Shown here: piece by piece, positions 12,001 through 26,095 of the stretch | Layout: each line of letters begins with the position of its first letter | Position numbering within the stretch: the first letter of the stretch is position 1 | Source: Fistulifera solaris | Lineage: Eukaryota | Length of the DNA stretch: 64,000 nt | Direction: 5' to 3' | Assembly (NCBI GenBank): GCA_030295235.1 | Contig: AP026179.1 | Coordinates: forward strand, 62,001-126,000 | Program-made: the position numbers and the translations under genes | The notes under the pieces: generated by a model | Told to the model about the DNA's origin: nothing | What the model saw: only the letters and a program-made list of their open reading frames with translations | Databases searched by the model: none

Positions 12001-12899
12001 AGTCCGACTGCCGTTTTGACTACGGTTAATAGCCAAACAGCAGCAGCCCATTCTCCCATAAAATGGCCACTTAGCTCTGTGTCTGCGGTTTCCTCGTCAA
12101 AAGCAAAAATGCTTATTCAGCAGATCTTTTCTCCACTGAAACATCGACCTTAATAAAGAACGGTGTAACAAGTAAACCTCTATCTTCTCCATGGGCGAAA
12201 ACTCGATCCGATGTTGCAGAAGAACCCGGACAACGATCTTTTAAGAGTAATGGCGGCGCGTCAATATTCCCAAAAACATCACCCTCGCTACAAGCACCAA
12301 AAGTGATCGAAGAACCTCCTTTAAATGAAAATGGTAGTTCATCTAGTATCCGAAGCCAAGGTTCGAGTTTCCAAAACTCATCGTCTCCGTTTCGAAACAG
12401 CTTTGGTGAGACACGACCTACGTGGGCAAAAAACTCAGCTAATGAGGACGAGACTGAACCATCGGATGCCAACTTAAGTCCTTCTGCCGTGCGGAGATCT
12501 TGGCAAAACAGTGTAATTGCTTCTCGTTCTCGCTTCGAATCTAGCAGTACTGCTTCCTCTAAACCAGTGGAAAGTCGCCCTTGGCAGACCGAATCTTCCA
12601 AATTATCGTTGCCACAGCAAGATCGATTGCAAGGTGACACATTGAAAGCACCTACGCTGTCCAGCATTCACAGAAATAGTTACATCGGCAATAATAGCCC
12701 GGTGCAGAGTTTCAAGCCAACCATGAAGATCAAAGAGCTGGCAGCGGCATTTGAATCTCGCTCGCCGGAAAAGTCGTATGTTACTTCCTGTGATGCATCA
12801 ACACCATCGGACGAAGAGTGTGGAGAGATACCTATGGTTTCGCCTCCACGGGTAGAGGAAGTCAGGAAATCATTGAATAGACAATTTGGACATATATAA
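9030..12899 (+). CDS. Large Ser/Pro-rich disordered protein with an N-terminal coiled coil
   Basis: Introns 9261-9377 and 9441-9517 give AKNYRLAKELSELRVRHREESKTVTKLTMENMTLASKCRE. It continues through ORFs 9751-12153 and 12303-12899 via apparent frameshifts near 9750 and 12130. Confidence 0.65.
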
Positions 12900-13032
12900 A
12901 CGTTGGAGAATGAGGGGGTGGGTTTTGATAGGATACAAATGTTAATTGTAAATTTATAATTGTGGGGCAACTATGAACTATTTTTTTGAGAAATGTTTTC
13001 ATTTGTTTACTTAGAGACCTTTTCTTGAATAA

Positions 13033-15169
13033 TTAAGAAAGCCAAGCGAGAAGCACCAATAGGCTTAGCGCTGACCCCAGTTTCGACAGCATGTTGGACC
13101 CCGAGGATTCTGTTCCTAATCCGCCATCACCACCGTATTGCGTCAAATCGTATCGCGTGCTGCTTCCTTCCCAGTTGGCCGTATCCGCCATGGCAGCCTT
13201 TAACTCGGTGGGTTCGGCCAGTGTAGGTCCTGCATAACGCCAATTGGGGAATCCTGTCACAGCCACACCCTCCAGCGATTCCGGCAGGGCACTCCCTTCA
13301 ATACCACAATCTTCTCCGCAATCGGACCTCCAGCCACCTTCACTCCAAGTCATGCCGACAATGAAGTTGGGTGTGTTGGTATCGTCTAAACAATAAACAA
13401 ACAAGTTATCTCCGTCCGGATTCAAAGCAAACGATTTGCTATTGTTCATGAGCGGCCATTCTTCATCTTTGTTGCCACCAAAGTACCCAAATAGCTGATT
13501 CACAGCTAGTCCTTCCGAAGGAATAGTGAACTGTTGCGGTATAGAGAGATTGGAACAGCGACAAAGAATTTTAGCATCCGTGACAGTGTAACATGGTTAT
13601 GGACACACTATTTCATCTCTACCAAATACGTACCGTTCGCGTTCCTTCAACATCGACTAAATGTGTTCCGTTCCACGCATTATCCGTCAAATAAAGCGTC
13701 CCGACACTGGCCGGAATGGTTGCTACGGTGAAGAATGCAATTTCATCCGGTTCGACCGCATTCCAAGCCCAAACTTGCAAATCTCCCTTTTGTACGCGAG
13801 CACACTCGGCCGTCCCTTGTGCGGGTGGTGCCACTTCACCACCGGTAAAGTCTTCCAGGACCACAGGAGCTGATGTCGGACCGTCCTGCACACCCTCCAC
13901 ACGGAATGTCATGGCCCCATTGGCCAATTGCGTAATGTTACGGATCCGAATATTGGTCGGACCTTGAAAATAAGTATCGGTATTGGGATGATCCGGTCCT
14001 GGACCCAATTCCATCCCGGGTAGAAACAAATCTCCCGCATCACCATCATTCTCTCCCTTTTCCAAATGGAATTGTCCATCCGCTTGAATGAGACGGAATT
14101 TGTAATGTGTGTTGGGCCATTGTTCCGTTCCCGGATACGACCACGTCCCGAACCGGTCTTGTACGTTTTCATCCCAGTGATAAATGAGTAAGCCACCAAT
14201 TCCACCGGGCAATTCAGCATCGGATCCGATGGGTTGACGATTTTCAATAACCAAGGATTCTCCTTCTGGAAAATGCGTCTTAATGATATAATAGTCGGGA
14301 AACAAGATGGAAGGACGGATCGTATACACACCATCAACGGTAATTTCTAAAAATTCCGGAATCCATCCGGCTCGATCTTTGGAAAAGGGACTCAACGAAC
14401 TGGGTTTGGCTAAGTCTTGGGCAAATCCACCCGTCGTGGCCATTAAATCCCACGCCCCCAATCCACCAACACCTCCACCCAGCACCGTACTATCGTAGGT
14501 ATCCATCGGAATGGGTCCGGTGGGTGGTCCGAGTCCGGTGGGGGGATCATCCGGATGGCCTACTAAGGTATGGACCCATTCGTGAACAATTACACCCATA
14601 TGCGCAAATTGATCAAAATTACACGTCCGGACGTACGGTGTCGCAATCACGTAACCACCCAATTCGACAAATGTCTTTGCATCGATCCAAGCGCCATCGG
14701 ACGCCGGTCCTCCTTGACTAATAAAACGATTCAACACATTGTTGGCTTGACAATCAACTCCAGAATTGCCATCGACGGCGGAAAATCCCGAATGAATGAC
14801 AATGGTATTGTCCATATAACCATCATGATCTTGATCATAATCCATAACATTAAAGGTGGGATCGTTGGTACTAAGATCATTCAAAATGGGGACAAAGAAA
14901 GCGGCCGCTTCTTTGGCACCCATTTTTCCCCGAAACACCACCAGCATAATATGCTTCCGTATTGTCGGTGACTTTCCAATCTTGGACGGTACAAGTAATA
15001 TTGTATTGTTGATACGATTGTTCTTGAAAATAGGCTCGAATGTTGGTATTGCACAAATCGTTATAATATTGTGCATTTGGCAAATTACGTCCATCGACAT
15101 GATCACTAAATTGGACCAACAACCACAATATATTGAAGTCACCTTTGCTGGGTGACAATTGACGTCGTA

Positions 15170-15228
<59 letters not shown>

Positions 15229-15323
15229 ATCGTCGTTGTCGTCGTTGTCGTCGGGTGGGCACTGCTGGACGTCAAGAGCATCATCCCAAAAAGTAGTAAT
15301 GTTATTGCGGTAGCGAATTTCAT
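13033..15323 (-). CDS. Secreted, probably GPI-anchored M6-family (immune inhibitor A-like) metalloprotease
   Basis: Signal peptide, LLVQFSD, DQDHDGYMD, IHSG, HEWVH, GAWDLM, ENRQ and GLLIYHWD motifs. Frameshift near 14925, intron 13531-13633, hydrophobic C-terminal tail. Confidence 0.85.
15170..15227. repeat. (ATG/CAT)n microsatellite encoding poly-Ser in the M6 protease pro-region
   Basis: About 19 trinucleotide units. Confidence 0.95.
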
Positions 15324-16181
15324 GATTCTCTCTCTCTCTCTCTCTTTCTCTGTCTCTCTCTCTTTCTCTTTTGGTCAGAAGGAAAAGCAACCTTGGAAAG
15401 CAAACTTGGAAAGAGAGAGAGAGAGAGAAAGAGAGAAAGAAAGAGAGAGAGCCGATGACCCTGTCTTGATTGAATGGCGCGACGAAAGAAGAGGGGGTCA
15501 TTTATTACGTAGTATTATTTATTCTTCCTTCTTGTGATTTGTGAGATCCGTATTCTCTACTGTACTACTTTGTAGAGAGAGAGGTCATTCATTGGAAGCG
15601 GTCATTCTGTGTTCTCTGGCATATCTCAACCCGAAGTATTTTGAAGTATGTAGTATGATGTGTTTTGTACCTACGACGTAGTAGTCATTGTTCTCCACGT
15701 ACGTACGTACGCCAACAGTTAAAACTACATACGATCGACTGGATGGATTGTTCGGGATTGACGTCCATCGTTCCGATTTATTTGACCGGACCGTTCTTTT
15801 GTCGCACAAGTATCCGTTGGAGTACCACGGCAGCGTTGAAGTTGCTTGGGAGCACGAGCTGCTCGTGTGCTGGCGCGTGCTGAGATGACAGCGAGGAAGA
15901 AAAAAAAACAAAAAAAGTCCATCCACATCCGATGCCAGACGTTGCTGTTGTTTGTTGTTTGCAACAACCGTTGAAGATTCACTCCTTCATTGATTCATTC
16001 ATCTCGAGTTAATTTCACTGATTCATTCGTTCATTCATTCATCTCAAGTGAAGATCAACGCGATCACACGTCGTTGATTTGATTTATACTCCAGAGTGTT
16101 CATCTTACACAACAATCGTAGAGGGAGCCTCCATTGTACTCTTTGGGTGATACACAGTAGAGATTTCACGGCTTATTAACA

Positions 16182-17247
16182 ATGGAACCTTCCAACACCA
16201 ACAACAACAACAACAACAATAACAACAATCAGTATCAACATCATTATTCAGATGTCGATTTCTCTCCAGAAGACATTCAAGCTTTACTGGCAGGCGTCGC
16301 ACCTGATCATATCCTTTATTACGATCATCATTCTTCCGAAACCATCCTGAATCATCATCAACATCATCATCATCATTCTAGCAGTAGCCCTGGTTTGACG
16401 GCTACCGCTAGCAGTAACAATATCAGTCACGCTTCTCTTCATCGCTCCGAGGAAGACGATCCCGACAACAACGATAACAACAACAACAACAACCACAACA
16501 ACAACGATCAAGACAACAACAACAACAAACGCAGCAAACACAATCATCAACAACAACCACAAGAAACACCCGCCGATCGCATTGAACGGAAACGTCGTCT
16601 CGAAAAACAACGTCGTTCAAGTCAATTCACAATTTCAAAAATTGCAGTCGTGTCTGAAACAATTGGAACAAGACAATTGTGAACCATTGCATGGTTTACC
16701 GGCTTATAGTCCGGCAAATCGTGTCGAATTGTTGGGACGCACGGTGGCAGTATTAGAAGCTTATCATCAGGCACATCAACAATTATACCAAACCGTACAA
16801 CATTTGCAACAGGAATTAGAACGAACACAAAAAGCGGGAGAAGAAACGGCCGCCAAATTGAAAGAACAATTGTCGGCACCACAAGCCATGGGCAATAATA
16901 AAGTCATGATGATGGTACCCATGATTATTGGTGGTGGTGGTGGCAACAATACCAATAATAACAACGAAATGACGCCGTATATGCCCAACATGATGATGGA
17001 TTTGAATAATAACAGTCATAATAATAATCCTTGGATGTTTCCACCACCACAAGCCATGATGATGCCGTCTCCGTTCCTAATGGCACCGGTGCAAGGAGGA
17101 GGACAGCTACAGCAAGCAACAACAACAGCAACAACAACGGCGACGGGAAAGACAGAACGATCAAATAATGACAGTAGTCCTTCGCCGTCTTCGGCGACGA
17201 CAAACAGTAATGAAATGGGAGGAGGCAATTTGGCGCATTGTGCGTAA
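16182..17247 (+). CDS. bHLH transcription factor
   Basis: ERKRRLEKQRR basic region joined, across a frameshift near 16617, to QVNSQFQKL...NRVELLGRTVAVL and a coiled coil. Asn/His/Met-rich flanks. Confidence 0.8.
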
Positions 17248-17370
17248 AAGAAGTTCTAAACATAGTAATAAATAATGACACGGCATGATGTTTGTTTGCG
17301 TGATCGTTCCAACCATGATAGTAGAATAGTATCAAAAGGTAGAAAGCAATAGTGTACAAATCGCCGGTCA

Positions 17371-18444
<1,074 letters not shown>

Positions 18445-18897
18445 ATTATTCTTTGATGTTGGTTGATTTTTTAGTTGTATAGGGAGATGACGCGGAGATG
18501 AATATGGTTTTGCTGAGGGGATGGGTGTTTCGAAAAGAAAGAGATGCATCGGAGAAAAAGATGAAAAAACTCATCACTCATCACCTTCTTCTCATCCTGA
18601 AAAAGTGAGATATCATAATAACACGTTCCTCGTTCGGATCGAAGAAAGGAGCGTTATGTGGCTTTTGTTTAGTACACTCGCGTATCGGCTTTACCCTTGG
18701 GCGAGTCAAATGCAATATATCGAAAACAACCTACGGTCGTTGAAAATACTGTCGAATACCGCACCGTCACGTCACTCTTATCCTGAACCTTTGTGTGTAT
18801 CTCAAGATCGTCGCCCCTCCAACAAAGAAGGGCCGCCTTTCACCGTAGCATCTTTTTCGTTGTGAAAACAAACAATATTATAATATCACTCTTTACA

Positions 18898-19660
18898 ATG
18901 TTATCATCTTCCTCCTTCTCTTCTTCTTCTTCGCAGCAATACACTAAAACAAGAAAACGGCCGCCACCATCCGTGGGGTTTCAGCAACAACAAACGTTGC
19001 ACGGTCGAATCGCCCTCCTCTTAGCGTGTTTGGGAATCTACATGTTCGTTGTGCCTCTCGTCACGCATTATTCTTTCTTCTCGGGTGCCGCCCCTGAACT
19101 GCAAAGGATAAGTGTTTCGAATTACAGTCATCGACAATCAATTGATGTTCTTCTATTGTCATTATACAATATCGGAGACATTCGAATTGTTCTTCGTCCA
19201 GAATGGTCTTCCGCGTCGGTTGATTACGTCTTGCGTCTCGTAGGACAGTGTCAACGCTGTCAATTGTATCGTGCCGAAAAGCCCGGAATCTTACAAGGCA
19301 TCCTGGCGGCACCCGACATTCCCCCCTGCGGAAGTCAAAGGAACCTGCCCGGCAGGTGCGGAAACGGTCCCCAATGAATGTCCACCCTGGGATGCGGCTT
19401 GTGGATGTCATGGACCCGTCATGCAACGGGGCTATGTGGCGTGGGCGGCGGGAAAGACGGGACCGGATTTCTTTATCGATGTTTATCCGAAACCGGCCGT
19501 TTGGTGGGGTACCCAGCATACCGTGTGGGGTGAAATTACCGATGTGGCGAGTTTGCAGTTGATCGATGAATACATCTTTTCGTTACCCACACACAAGCAA
19601 GAGGGATTGACCATGCTGGACGAACCGATTCATTTTGATATGCTATTGGAGCATGTGTAA
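18898..19660 (+). CDS. Membrane-anchored cyclophilin-like protein
   Basis: N-terminal TM helix, then GDIRIVLRP, RAE..ILQG, RGYVAWA, GPDFFI and HTVWGEI. Frameshift in the C-run near 19325. Confidence 0.7.
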
Positions 19661-21837
19661 TATTCATTCATATTGTTTTTCGTAGGTGATGGAAGATGAT
19701 GCTATCTTGGAACAGAAAAGGCAAAAAAGCAGAAATGGACCCGTTATAACGTAGATGTACAAAAGATGCAATAGCCATAAAATCAGCATTAGTCTACATA
19801 ACTCCTTGGACTGAGTGATTGATTAACTCCTCTTTCGTTGAAGGAAAATAGCGATCGTGACCAAAACAAGGATGGGAATCCTGATATTCTTATCGCAGTG
19901 CCAAAAATAGATACGGAGTACTCTGTTACTTTTACTCCGTAGGATTAAAGCTCTCACTCGCAAACGGAAGAAAGAGAAGTCAGACCTCAAGTTAAACGTT
20001 AAACATGGCAAAATCGGCTCTCACCCAAATAATGAGGTCAATGTATGTGATACGTGTGCGGGAAGACGATCCACCTTGCTTTGTCATGGTGTTTCGTGGG
20101 AGACTGAAAATTGAGTTTACTTTCTTCCAATCAACTTCATCTTGCTGTGTTCAACCGTTCAACCTCAAACGTTTGTCAATTAGGTTGTTAATTTGTGCGT
20201 GTTGAATGGCGTAATCTGTAGGCACAAATACTCCGAAGCAAGGCCATTGTTTGTCGGTGTCTCTGTGTTAATTGTTAACTGGCGTTATCACGACTTGAAG
20301 TCATTTCATAATAATTGCATAGTCATCACGAGTACGATTCATACCTTACTAGTTGCTACCTGGTAGTTGGTAGTCAATCTAAAATCTAAATCTGGCGAAT
20401 CGTTCATTGCTTTGCTTCTGCAACCTGCTTATGCTCACACAAAGAGTACTATTTTTATTACGCCCCATAGCTATCCTTCTTTGGCCCTTGAAGCGTGTCG
20501 CTTTGTCCCTTCACGTCGTGCAGAGATGCAAGACGCGAAATCGATCATCTCTTGAATTTTAAGTCTCAAGGTTTTGTCTCTAGTTCCGTGTTCTTTACTG
20601 GTAGTGCAAATCAGCACAAAATAGCAAGTGAGAAGAAAAACCTTGCGACCCTGGTGGCAACGTGCAGGGAAACGTCGCTCGAAGTCGCTAGAGTTGCTAG
20701 GCTTTGAAAAGTTGCATGTTGCACGGCTCTTTTCTAGGTAGAATAATTTTCAATGGTGTCCCATCGACGACATTTCCGTGTTACGCATCCATGTGTGGAA
20801 CACTTTTCACGGAGATCCAAAATCCAAAGAGAGGATATAGGAGACTGGCAAGAAAAGACACAAAGCCTAATCCAGTTTCAAGTTTCAAACACACTCTCTC
20901 TCGGTTAAGATATTAGATACGCACTGCAGGCTCATAGCTTTTAGTTTTGTATTAACTGGTACCAGTACTTAGCAGAGCAGTCATTTTCCACTACATTGGG
21001 TCTTTGGTCGTGGTTGCAAGTCGTACGTCTCCAGTCTCCGTCTCCGCCGATCTAATAAATACGAACCGCAATAAAGACAAATCCCATCCTCTTTCTTGTC
21101 CATTGGCACTTGGCATCACTTCGTTGTGAGCGGCGATGTCACTGACGCCGTTTCACTTAGAGGAGGAGAAAAATAACGAACACTTACTTCCCGATAGTAC
21201 AGAATTAGAATTCGACTTGTTCTTCATACGGAAAGAGTGCAATCGTTTTTCCTTAGTTGACAAACAAAAATGCTACAAATTAAAGCAAGTTGGTGCGCCG
21301 AAAAATAGACCAGATAGTACTGAAATTAGTGGCGAATCCAATCGCGTCAGTGTCCGTGTTATTCTTCCAATGGAAGTTCAAAAATTGCACAGCGGAACGG
21401 TATAGCCCCCTCGCTTTAAATGCGAACAGCCATAGAATGCTCTTTCAAGCGGAAGGTTTTATTCGTATACGAATCAAAAGTAGAAACGTTTCATATTCAA
21501 GTCCGTTCGGAAGAGCGGAACACCGACCTTCAAAAGTACTGTAGCCCTTGTTAATTCTGCCAAAAAGTATTGGCTGTGGAAGCTTGTTGAAGATTGAAGG
21601 GGGGGTTGTTCTTCCGAAATTTTGGGAAGTAAAAACCATCGATGTCCACTCCCCCCAAAAAGCCTACCGCTCAACGCAACACTCAACACATAGTCACACC
21701 CGTTCACACGCAACAACTCGCAACGCGCTGTTCAAATGTCATAAATACGCCAGTTGCGCAAAACACAAGGGACTTTTACGTTATATCTTTTACTTTATCT
21801 TTTGCAAAGCAGATCATTGAAACTAAATAAAGACTAC

Positions 21838-22938
21838 ATGATGATCCGCAACATTCTTAACGATGTTAAACACGAACACCGCGCGGGTGATCGCGACGGA
21901 GACTCGCACAGCAGCGTAAGCGGGGAACGCAACCCCAACATGAAGAAGAAGCGCATTACTGCTGACAGCTTTGCCTCTATTCTTTCTGAAGTTATAGAAA
22001 CACCCGGTTACGACGACGCTATCTACTGGAGTGAAGACGGTAAAAGTTTTCGCGTCATTCCCAAGACATTCACCGAAAAGGTTCTGGATCGGCACATGAA
22101 AGGAACTAAGTTCTCCAGTTTCTTTCGTCGCTTGATTCGATGGGGATTTGAACGTGTGGTACTTGATGAATTTCCGATGAACGCGTTTGTCTTTCGACAC
22201 GAAATGTTTCAGCGTGGTCAAGCCTCACTTCTCCGTACGCTTTCTCCGTACCACGTCTCGCGTGGCAAACGCAGCAACGCAGCTCAGCAATCGGGTGGAA
22301 AGGCCAAGATGGCAACCATTAAGAACAGTGAGACGACTACTCGTGACACCAAAGCTTCCGATAAAGTCAGTGCAGTATCGGACGAATCGTCTCGTGAAAG
22401 CATGGTGAATCAGGTCTTGTTCCGTGCGCAAGGGTTGTTAACTTCGTCCTCTTTGGCAATACCCCCGCAATTACCATGCGCGGATACTGTAGCCACGTTG
22501 GAATTGCTTCGTCGACAACAGCAACAGCAACAGCATCAGCAAGATCTTCTTTTGTTGTCGCAATTGACGAACAATCTCCATAGCAGTGCTGGTATCGGAC
22601 TCGAACGAAACATTTCAACGTCACTCCTTCCTTCCTCTTCCTCTTTGTTGACTGGCTCTCGATTCGCCCAACGGAATACCGCTATCGATTCGCTTGCCTG
22701 CGAAATGCAACTTCGGGATTTGTTGTGCTCGAGGGCCCGTTTGTCACAAGAACCTTCACTGTCGTTCGCCCACGGCCACAACCTCCCCGAAAGCCTCGCC
22801 CCCGGGGAAGCCGAACGTCTCACCTTGCTTTCCATGTTGTTACAACAATCCCCAGAACGCGCCTTGGAATCATCATCACCGGAACCTTACGATAAATTGT
22901 TTCGCTGGATGAATTTGATGAATCGGTTGCAAGAATGA
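21838..22938 (+). CDS. HSF-type DNA-binding transcription factor
   Basis: IYWSEDGKSF, KFSSFFRRLIRWGFERV and FRHEMFQRG motifs; Gln/Ser/Leu-rich tail. Confidence 0.92.
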   Translation: MMIRNILNDVKHEHRAGDRDGDSHSSVSGERNPNMKKKRITADSFASILSEVIETPGYDDAIYWSEDGKSFRVIPKTFTEKVLDRHMKGTKFSSFFRRLIRWGFERVVLDEFPMNAFVFRHEMFQRGQASLLRTLSPYHVSRGKRSNAAQQSGGKAKMATIKNSETTTRDTKASDKVSAVSDESSRESMVNQVLFRAQGLLTSSSLAIPPQLPCADTVATLELLRRQQQQQQHQQDLLLLSQLTNNLHSSAGIGLERNISTSLLPSSSSLLTGSRFAQRNTAIDSLACEMQLRDLLCSRARLSQEPSLSFAHGHNLPESLAPGEAERLTLLSMLLQQSPERALESSSPEPYDKLFRWMNLMNRLQE

Positions 22939-23320
22939 CCGAACGAAGTGACTTTTGTTTATATTAATTTTGAAAAAATTCCATCCAAACGAATATCTTG
23001 TTATTATTTAGAGTCTTGAAGCAAAAAGTCTATATCTCTACATAAATGCATGTCCTGCGCTGATGAATTCCGTTGAATTAAGATCATCCTCCTTGTCGTA
23101 CGAATATCGTAATTATTGCACTCTACCGGTACAAGTTCCTGGTCTGTGTGGTAACCTTAGACAGCCATCCACGACGTACCGGTACAGAACACGTATCATT
23201 GACCACAAAACCGAACATGAGAAGAATAATTGAGAATTGAGATGGATCCTATAGTTTTTCTATAATAATAATAATCATCTAAAACGAAACGATTGTTATT
23301 AATTGCTCTTATCTTTCAGT

Positions 23321-24807
23321 ATGTCTACGAATCATCATGAACATAAACATCATTTGAAAATAGATGACGAATGGAAGATTGTGCGTGCAATTGTGGGGAA
23401 TTTCGTCCATTGCACAAGGCATCCTTTGCGGTTGACGAGAGCCCTACCAGTATTATCCACAACGACCGAGAAGACGTTGTCTTTCTAGCGCCCTTTCTTC
23501 CGTTGCACCTCAATCATATACTCGCGGTCTGCGAGGAAGGTAAAATTCGATATTTCGGTCCTTTTACACCATTCGCATGGCTAAAGACCGTCGAAATTGT
23601 GACATTACCACCTTATGCCTTTTGTTGCCCAGGGTTTATTGATTTGCATCATCATGCCCCGCAATATGCGTACGCCGGAACGGCAACCGATCGACTACTC
23701 ACGGGACCCGGGGGATGGTTGGAAGAATACGCCTTTCCGGCAGAACGATCGTTGCGAGACAATCCTGAACAGACCCGACATTTGTTTCAAAAGGTCGTAC
23801 AAGCGACCTTGCAACGGGGCACGACCTCGGTGGTGTATTTTGGGACTTTGGATGTCGTGCCCTGTCAGCAATTGGTCGATGCTGTGTTACAATATGGACA
23901 ACGGGCGTGGGTGGGCAAAGTGTGTATGGATCGGAATGCTCCGGCCGATTATTGTCAACCCACGCAACAGAATTTAACAGAAACGCAGCAACTTGTGCAA
24001 TACATCTATGAAACAGCAGGGAAGCGAAGTACGAGTCCGCGACTACCGCTGGTATTTCCCCTCATCACACCACGCTTTATACCCACCTGTACACCGGAAC
24101 TATTGTCGGCACTGGGGGATTATGCTCGCAGCGAAGATTTGCACATTACGACCCATATTTCCGAATCGATCGATGAAGTGCAATGGAGTCAAGCCTTGGA
24201 AGGTGGAGCGGAGGATGCCACGATTCTACATCAGCACGGATTGTTGACACGCCAAAGTATTCTAGCGCACGGTGTGTGGCTGTCGGATACGGCCGCACAA
24301 CTCTTGCGCGAAACCCAAAGTGCGATAGCCCATTGTCCTTTGTCCAATTTCTTCTTTGCCAATCAATCATTGCCGTGTCGGAAACTCTTGGAGCAGGGAA
24401 ATCTCGTGGGTTTGGGTACCGATATTGCTGGTGGATACAATCCAAGTATGCTGAGTGCTTGTCGCTGTGCGGTGATTGCTTCCCGCACATTGGACCATCA
24501 GCGGCAATCACTCACCAATCAACACGAGCAAAGCAGCAGCGCATCATCAACTTTATTGGATTATCGTCATGCGTTCTATATGGCCACACTTGGTGGAGCT
24601 TACGCTTTGAATATGCAGAATCATTTGGGAAATTTTGAAATTGGCAAGGACTTCGATGCGGTAGTCCTTACGGTACAATCCAACATTTTTGTGTGCCCAC
24701 GTCGAGATACGATGGCCGACATCTTTCAAAAGTTGTGCAATTTAGCCGATGATCGCAACGTTTCGCATGTTTTCGTGGCAGGGAAACAAGTGATTGGGTC
24801 GTCTTGA
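23321..24807 (+). CDS. Guanine deaminase (amidohydrolase)
   Basis: GNFVHC, PGFIDLHHHAPQY, ITPRF, THISE, HCPLSN, LGTDIAGG, ATLGGA, GKDFDA and DDRN motifs. N-terminal frameshift near 23415. Confidence 0.92.
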
Positions 24808-24883
24808 AATGGTGGACTATCTTAGAATAAAAATGTTGGAATAAAAATGTTTTAACTGAATAAATAGTACGGAGTAATAAAAA

Positions 24884-26095
24884 TTACATTTTCGGAACAA
24901 ACATCAAACGACCATTTTGTTCGGTCACGCCCACGGAACGAGCTCCCGTCGCCCAATACTCTTTGCCACTGCCCGCCAACGATTTGCGATCCGAGATGGA
25001 ATGCTCCATCTGTTCCCGAATATACGTCGGTACGTGCTCGCAGGCTTGACTGGTATGGACGGACGCCATATTTTGCGCCATTTGGTAGATACAACTCAAT
25101 TTGGACGGATAGTACATGGCCCCACGAGCCCGACGTTTGATGGGAATGTGTTTGCAATGGCGGCAACGGATCCCGACTTGTCCCGGTTCAATTTTCTTGT
25201 TCCGACCTTGAATGGTTTGTTCAACATCCATGGGACTGGCGGCAAAGAATTCAATTTGCTGTCGTACTAAACATTGATACGCCGATAAGGTGGCTTCGTC
25301 ACACGGCAAGTAGAGGGGTATTCCAGACAAGCGCGGATCATCGGATGATGGTGCGTGGTGAGACGGTAAAATCGTTTCGGGTTTCATGTAAGAGGTCGAA
25401 ACGCCCGTGTTGTACATGCAAGGATCACTGGGATAATACGGTGGATAATAATTGTATTCGGGTGGCGGAGGGTAGGAATAGTTGTAATAGGCAGCAGGAG
25501 GAATCGGCGGCGAGTGATGGTGATGATAGGCGACATTCTCTGGATAGGAATAGTGCTGTTGAACCGGTGCAACGTACGGTTGTTCTCGGTACGGCGTATA
25601 ATCAACATAGGGTGGTTGTCGGCTGGTATATTGGTGATGATGATGATAATGCGTATGATGAGACTGCGGATAGACGGCAGCGTAGTCTGGACTGTTTTGA
25701 TCGGGATAACTGTACATATCTGGTGGACTTCTCGTATTGAATGATTGCAATGGCGGTTGTTGTTGTTGTTGTTGTTGTTGCGTGAGAGTGGCGTGTCGAT
25801 GGGAGTCTCGCGACGAGGAGGAATAGGCAACGGAAGGATCCAAGTTTGGTGGCGCAGGACCTTGAGCAACGGAAAGAGTGGGCTCGGCAGGAACCGGTGT
25901 AGAAACTTGCGAAGAGAACCATTCGTAGGATTTGCTAGATTCCAAACTTGATTTACTCAAAATAACTGTATCATCGCGAGGACTTTCTTCGGCTGGAGAT
26001 TGGCTATCGTGACAGGATACTACCGGGGATCGCTTCTTTGCTCCTAGTTCTTCCTTTTCTCGCTCTTCTCGATCGCGTTTCCTGGTTGATGACAT
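24884..26095 (-). CDS. Diatom-type GQVGIRC-domain protein (putative Zn/nucleic-acid binding)
   Basis: LSAYQCLVRQQIEFF...GQVGIRCRHC...YYPSKL...H...C...YW after a Pro/Tyr/His/Gln-rich disordered N-terminus. Confidence 0.8.
   Translation of the reverse strand: MSSTRKRDREEREKEELGAKKRSPVVSCHDSQSPAEESPRDDTVILSKSSLESSKSYEWFSSQVSTPVPAEPTLSVAQGPAPPNLDPSVAYSSSSRDSHRHATLTQQQQQQQQPPLQSFNTRSPPDMYSYPDQNSPDYAAVYPQSHHTHYHHHHQYTSRQPPYVDYTPYREQPYVAPVQQHYSYPENVAYHHHHSPPIPPAAYYNYSYPPPPEYNYYPPYYPSDPCMYNTGVSTSYMKPETILPSHHAPSSDDPRLSGIPLYLPCDEATLSAYQCLVRQQIEFFAASPMDVEQTIQGRNKKIEPGQVGIRCRHCKHIPIKRRARGAMYYPSKLSCIYQMAQNMASVHTSQACEHVPTYIREQMEHSISDRKSLAGSGKEYWATGARSVGVTEQNGRLMFVPKM

Noticed and set aside
14930..15262. 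Poly-His N-terminus of the 547-aa ORF
   Set aside because: Wrong frame of the microsatellite. The frame with the signal peptide reads poly-Ser and carries the M6 N-terminal motifs.
19700..21800. Cluster of 60-90 aa ORFs upstream of the HSF gene
   Set aside because: No consistent frame or domain. A pseudogene cannot be excluded but is unsupported.
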